Shown here: positions 61,530 to 64,000 of the stretch, one piece after another
Position numbering within the stretch: position 1 is the first letter of the stretch
Layout: each line of letters opens with the position of its first letter
DNA from: Squalus acanthias
Taxonomy: Eukaryota
DNA length: 64,000 nt
Reading direction: 5' to 3'
Assembly (NCBI GenBank): GCA_030390025.1
Contig: CM059437.1
Coordinates: 87,980,001 to 88,044,000, forward strand
Notes under the pieces: model-generated
Seen by the model: the letters and a program-made list of their open reading frames with translations, nothing else
Told to the model about the DNA's origin: nothing
Database searches by the model: none
Translations under genes and position numbers: made by a program

Positions 61530-62024
61530 GTAATTTCTGTCTGCGGGACTGCCCACTACCCGATTCAGGATGTTAAATGTTTCTAATAGCAGAAGCCGGA
61601 ATGTGGACCCTTATTCCAGATTGCCCTGTACGCTTTTCAGGCCTGGCTGCTGGAAAGGCAGGTGATCTGATTTCAGTTTTCCCAAGAGGAAACACAATAT
61701 TCTGACTCATATCCCCTCTTGGATTTGTTCATATCGGTTTCTTAGTGAAGTAAGCCGTGTACTTTTGGGCCAGCTTTCATGCTCAAAGGATTTTTGTGCT
61801 GACTTACAAACTGTTAAATTGCTTCTTGTCCGTGGTGCAATTTTTTAAAGCTGGAAAACTTCCAATTTTTCTTTCTCTCATCTTCTGTGCCAATATAAGG
61901 GGGGATAAAAAAAAATCAAAATTGGGCCCGACATCTTCAGCTGTCGAAGAAACCTTCTTTACTGAACATGGTCTGTATTACCGGAGTAAATGTACATCAG
62001 TGGCACATTTATACAGTCGTACCC

Positions 62025-62440
62025 GGTAGCGCAGTGGTTATGTTACTGGACTAGTAATCCCGAGGCCTGGACTAATGATCCAGAGATGTGAGTTCACAAT
62101 CCCACCACGGCAACTGAGGAATTTAAATTCAGTTAATTAAATAAATCTCCGAATGAAAAAGCTAGCATCAGTGATGGTGACCATGAAACTAGTGAATTGC
62201 TGTAAAAACCCATCTGGTTCACTAATGTCCTTTTAGAGAAGGAAATCTGCTGCCCTTACCCGGTCTGACCGATATGTGACTCCAGGCCCACAGCAATGTG
62301 GTTGACTCTTAACTGCCCTCTGCGGTTCAAGAAGGTGACTCACCACCATCTTCTCGAGGGCAATTAGGGATGGGCAGTAAATGCTTTGCCAGCCTTGCCA
62401 GTGACGCCCACATCCCATGACCGAATAAAAAAAAAAAAAT
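62025..62440 (+). mobile_element. Full-length tRNA-derived Meta/SlmI-like SINE
   Basis: A box gtagcgcagtgg, B-box-like gagttcacaatccc, core aaaaacccatctggttcactaatgtcc, a tail shared with the LINE at 15100-15210, and polyA. Confidence 0.75.
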
Positions 62441-62476
62441 CAGTTGAACTTAAATTTGTTATTTTCTTTGTTTTAG

Positions 62477-62543
62477 GTGAGAGATGATGTTTGGTATGAG
62501 ACTGACCGGGTCTGGTATGTCAACAAAGAAGGATTTACTTTAG
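62477..62543 (+). CDS. MYO18B: Myosin XVIIIB coding exon 4 (VRDDVWYETDRVWYVNKEGFTL), start of the pre-motor SH3-like region
   Basis: Boundaries are ttgttttag|GTG and TTAG|gtaatt; 67 nt, phase 0/1. It matches the class-18 myosin motif WYEAEKVWLAQKDGFTLA (from memory). Confidence 0.93.
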
Positions 62544-62984
62544 GTAATTACTCTATGTTCTTAATAACCTATTAATGCGTAGATGCTCTGATGAAATCTA
62601 AATCAAGATCTGAAAGGCATGAGTAGTCGGTTTTGCTTCTAATGAATCAAATATTAATGAACAATTGCCTGATTACGGCAGGGAACTGAACATCAGCAGG
62701 TTGATCTGAAGGAAGAAGACTACAGGGTCAAGTCCCTCTGTTGGCCTTGCATTCTCAGTTCCTTTAGATGAGATGTTAAGCATTTGTATGTTAAAGATCC
62801 CATGGCACGATTCAAAGAGGAACAGAGAATTCTCCTGATGTCCTGACCAACATTAATGTTTGATTCATTCTTCTCTCAACCAACACCATCAAAAATAGAT
62901 TAACTGTCCTTCCTCTCACTGTGGGATCTTGTGTGTAAAATGGCTGTCATGTTTGCCTAATTAGCAACAATGATTGCACTTCAA

Positions 62985-63392
62985 TGGATTAAGCGACACC
63001 TCGATTTCAAAATTCTCATCCTTGTTTTCAAATCCCTCCATGGCCGCCCCCATCCCTATCTCTGTAATCTCCTCCAGCCCAACAACCCCCCTCCCCCCCC
63101 GAGATATCTACGCTCCTCTAATCGCTCAACCTTTGGTGGCCGTGCCTTCTGTTGCCTAGGCCCTAAGCTCTGTAATTCCCTGCCTAAACCTCTCCGCCTC
63201 GCTACCTCTCTTTCCTCTTTTAAGACGCTCCTTAAAACCTACCTCTTTGACCAAGCTTTTGGTCACCTGCCCTAATTTCTCCTTATGTGGCTCGGTATCA
63301 AATTTTTTGTCTTATAGTACGCCTGTGAAGAGCCTTGGGGCGATTTACTACATTAAAGGCGCTATATAAATTCAAGTTGTTGCTGTTGTTCA
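62985..63392 (+). mobile_element. L2-like LINE 3' fragment
   Basis: FKILILVFKSLHG...SSFKTLLKTYLFDQAF; tail ggcgctatataaattcaagttgttg. Confidence 0.85.
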
Positions 63393-63584
63393 AACAAATC
63401 TTTTCTATCTGAAGTGTTTTGGGACATCTTGGCTGCCACAAAATTCTATATAAATGCAAGGGCCTAGAAATTTATCTCGCGCGGTGGCGGTGGCGCAAAA
63501 CAGGCGTATCGGATCGTCGGCCCGTTATACGCAGTCAGTGGAACTGAATATCAGGCGTTGCGTGTAACGGGCGGCAGATTCTCA

Positions 63585-63838
63585 GGCACTATATCGAAGA
63601 AGAGCAGGGGGAGTTCTCCCCGGTGTCCTGGCCAATATTTATCCCTCAACCCTCAACATTACCAAAACACAATATCTGGTCATTAGCTCATTGCTGTTTG
63701 TGGGAGCTTGCTGTGCGCAAATTGGCTGCCACGTTTCCTACATTACAACAGTGACTACACTTCAAAAAGGACTTCATTGGCTGTAAAGCAATTTGGGACG
63801 TCCCGAGATTGTGAAAGGTGCTGTATGTCTTTCTTTCT
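63585..63838 (+). mobile_element. DeuSINE (SacSINE1-like) 3' half
   Basis: ggcactatatcgaagaagagcagggg...gaaaggtgctgtatgtctttctttc. Confidence 0.8.
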
Positions 63839-64000
63839 AAAAATGAAACGATGCTCAATTGATGAACGATAGGAACTCCCCCATACATGTCCTGCACCAT
63901 TGTATCTACCAGCACAGTTGGCTTCATCTCGACAGTAAGCATTTCCTGATTGATTTGTTTTCTTTCCCCCCCCCCCCCCGCCCCGACCCCCAAATAAATC

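Overview
This is vertebrate genomic DNA, almost certainly from an elasmobranch (shark or ray). The repeat content points that way: HE1-type V-SINE, SacSINE1-type DeuSINEs, many HER1/CR1 LINE fragments, and L2-like, RTE, Tx1 and Penelope remnants. The only host gene I can support is the 5' end of MYO18B (myosin XVIIIB) on the + strand. Four coding exons (45915-45953, 54930-55076, 60975-61529, 62477-62543) join in frame as MAVSSRLALWEQK|IKQEEHPPPP...GFIKQLVRQKEKEGKEAR...|RRAKLDD...VDLEK|VRDDVWYETDRVWYVNKEGFTL, and the gene continues past the window. The rest is upstream or intronic sequence packed with nested transposons, two solo-LTR families, Harbinger-like and hAT MITEs, minisatellites and candidate muscle enhancers. 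Main observations: (1) the ATG exon appears to end at a non-canonical GA donor (AAG|GAAAGT), and the same intron ends at an A-rich acceptor; (2) that exon is bracketed by inverted, near-identical copies of a young CR1 subfamily with a duplicated 3' tail; (3) there are two Penelope-derived minimal hammerhead ribozyme motifs; (4) a short solo-LTR family carries a CTCF motif. Repeat family names and the orthology are recalled from memory, not from database searches. Most repeat boundaries are approximate unless a target-site duplication (TSD) is quoted.
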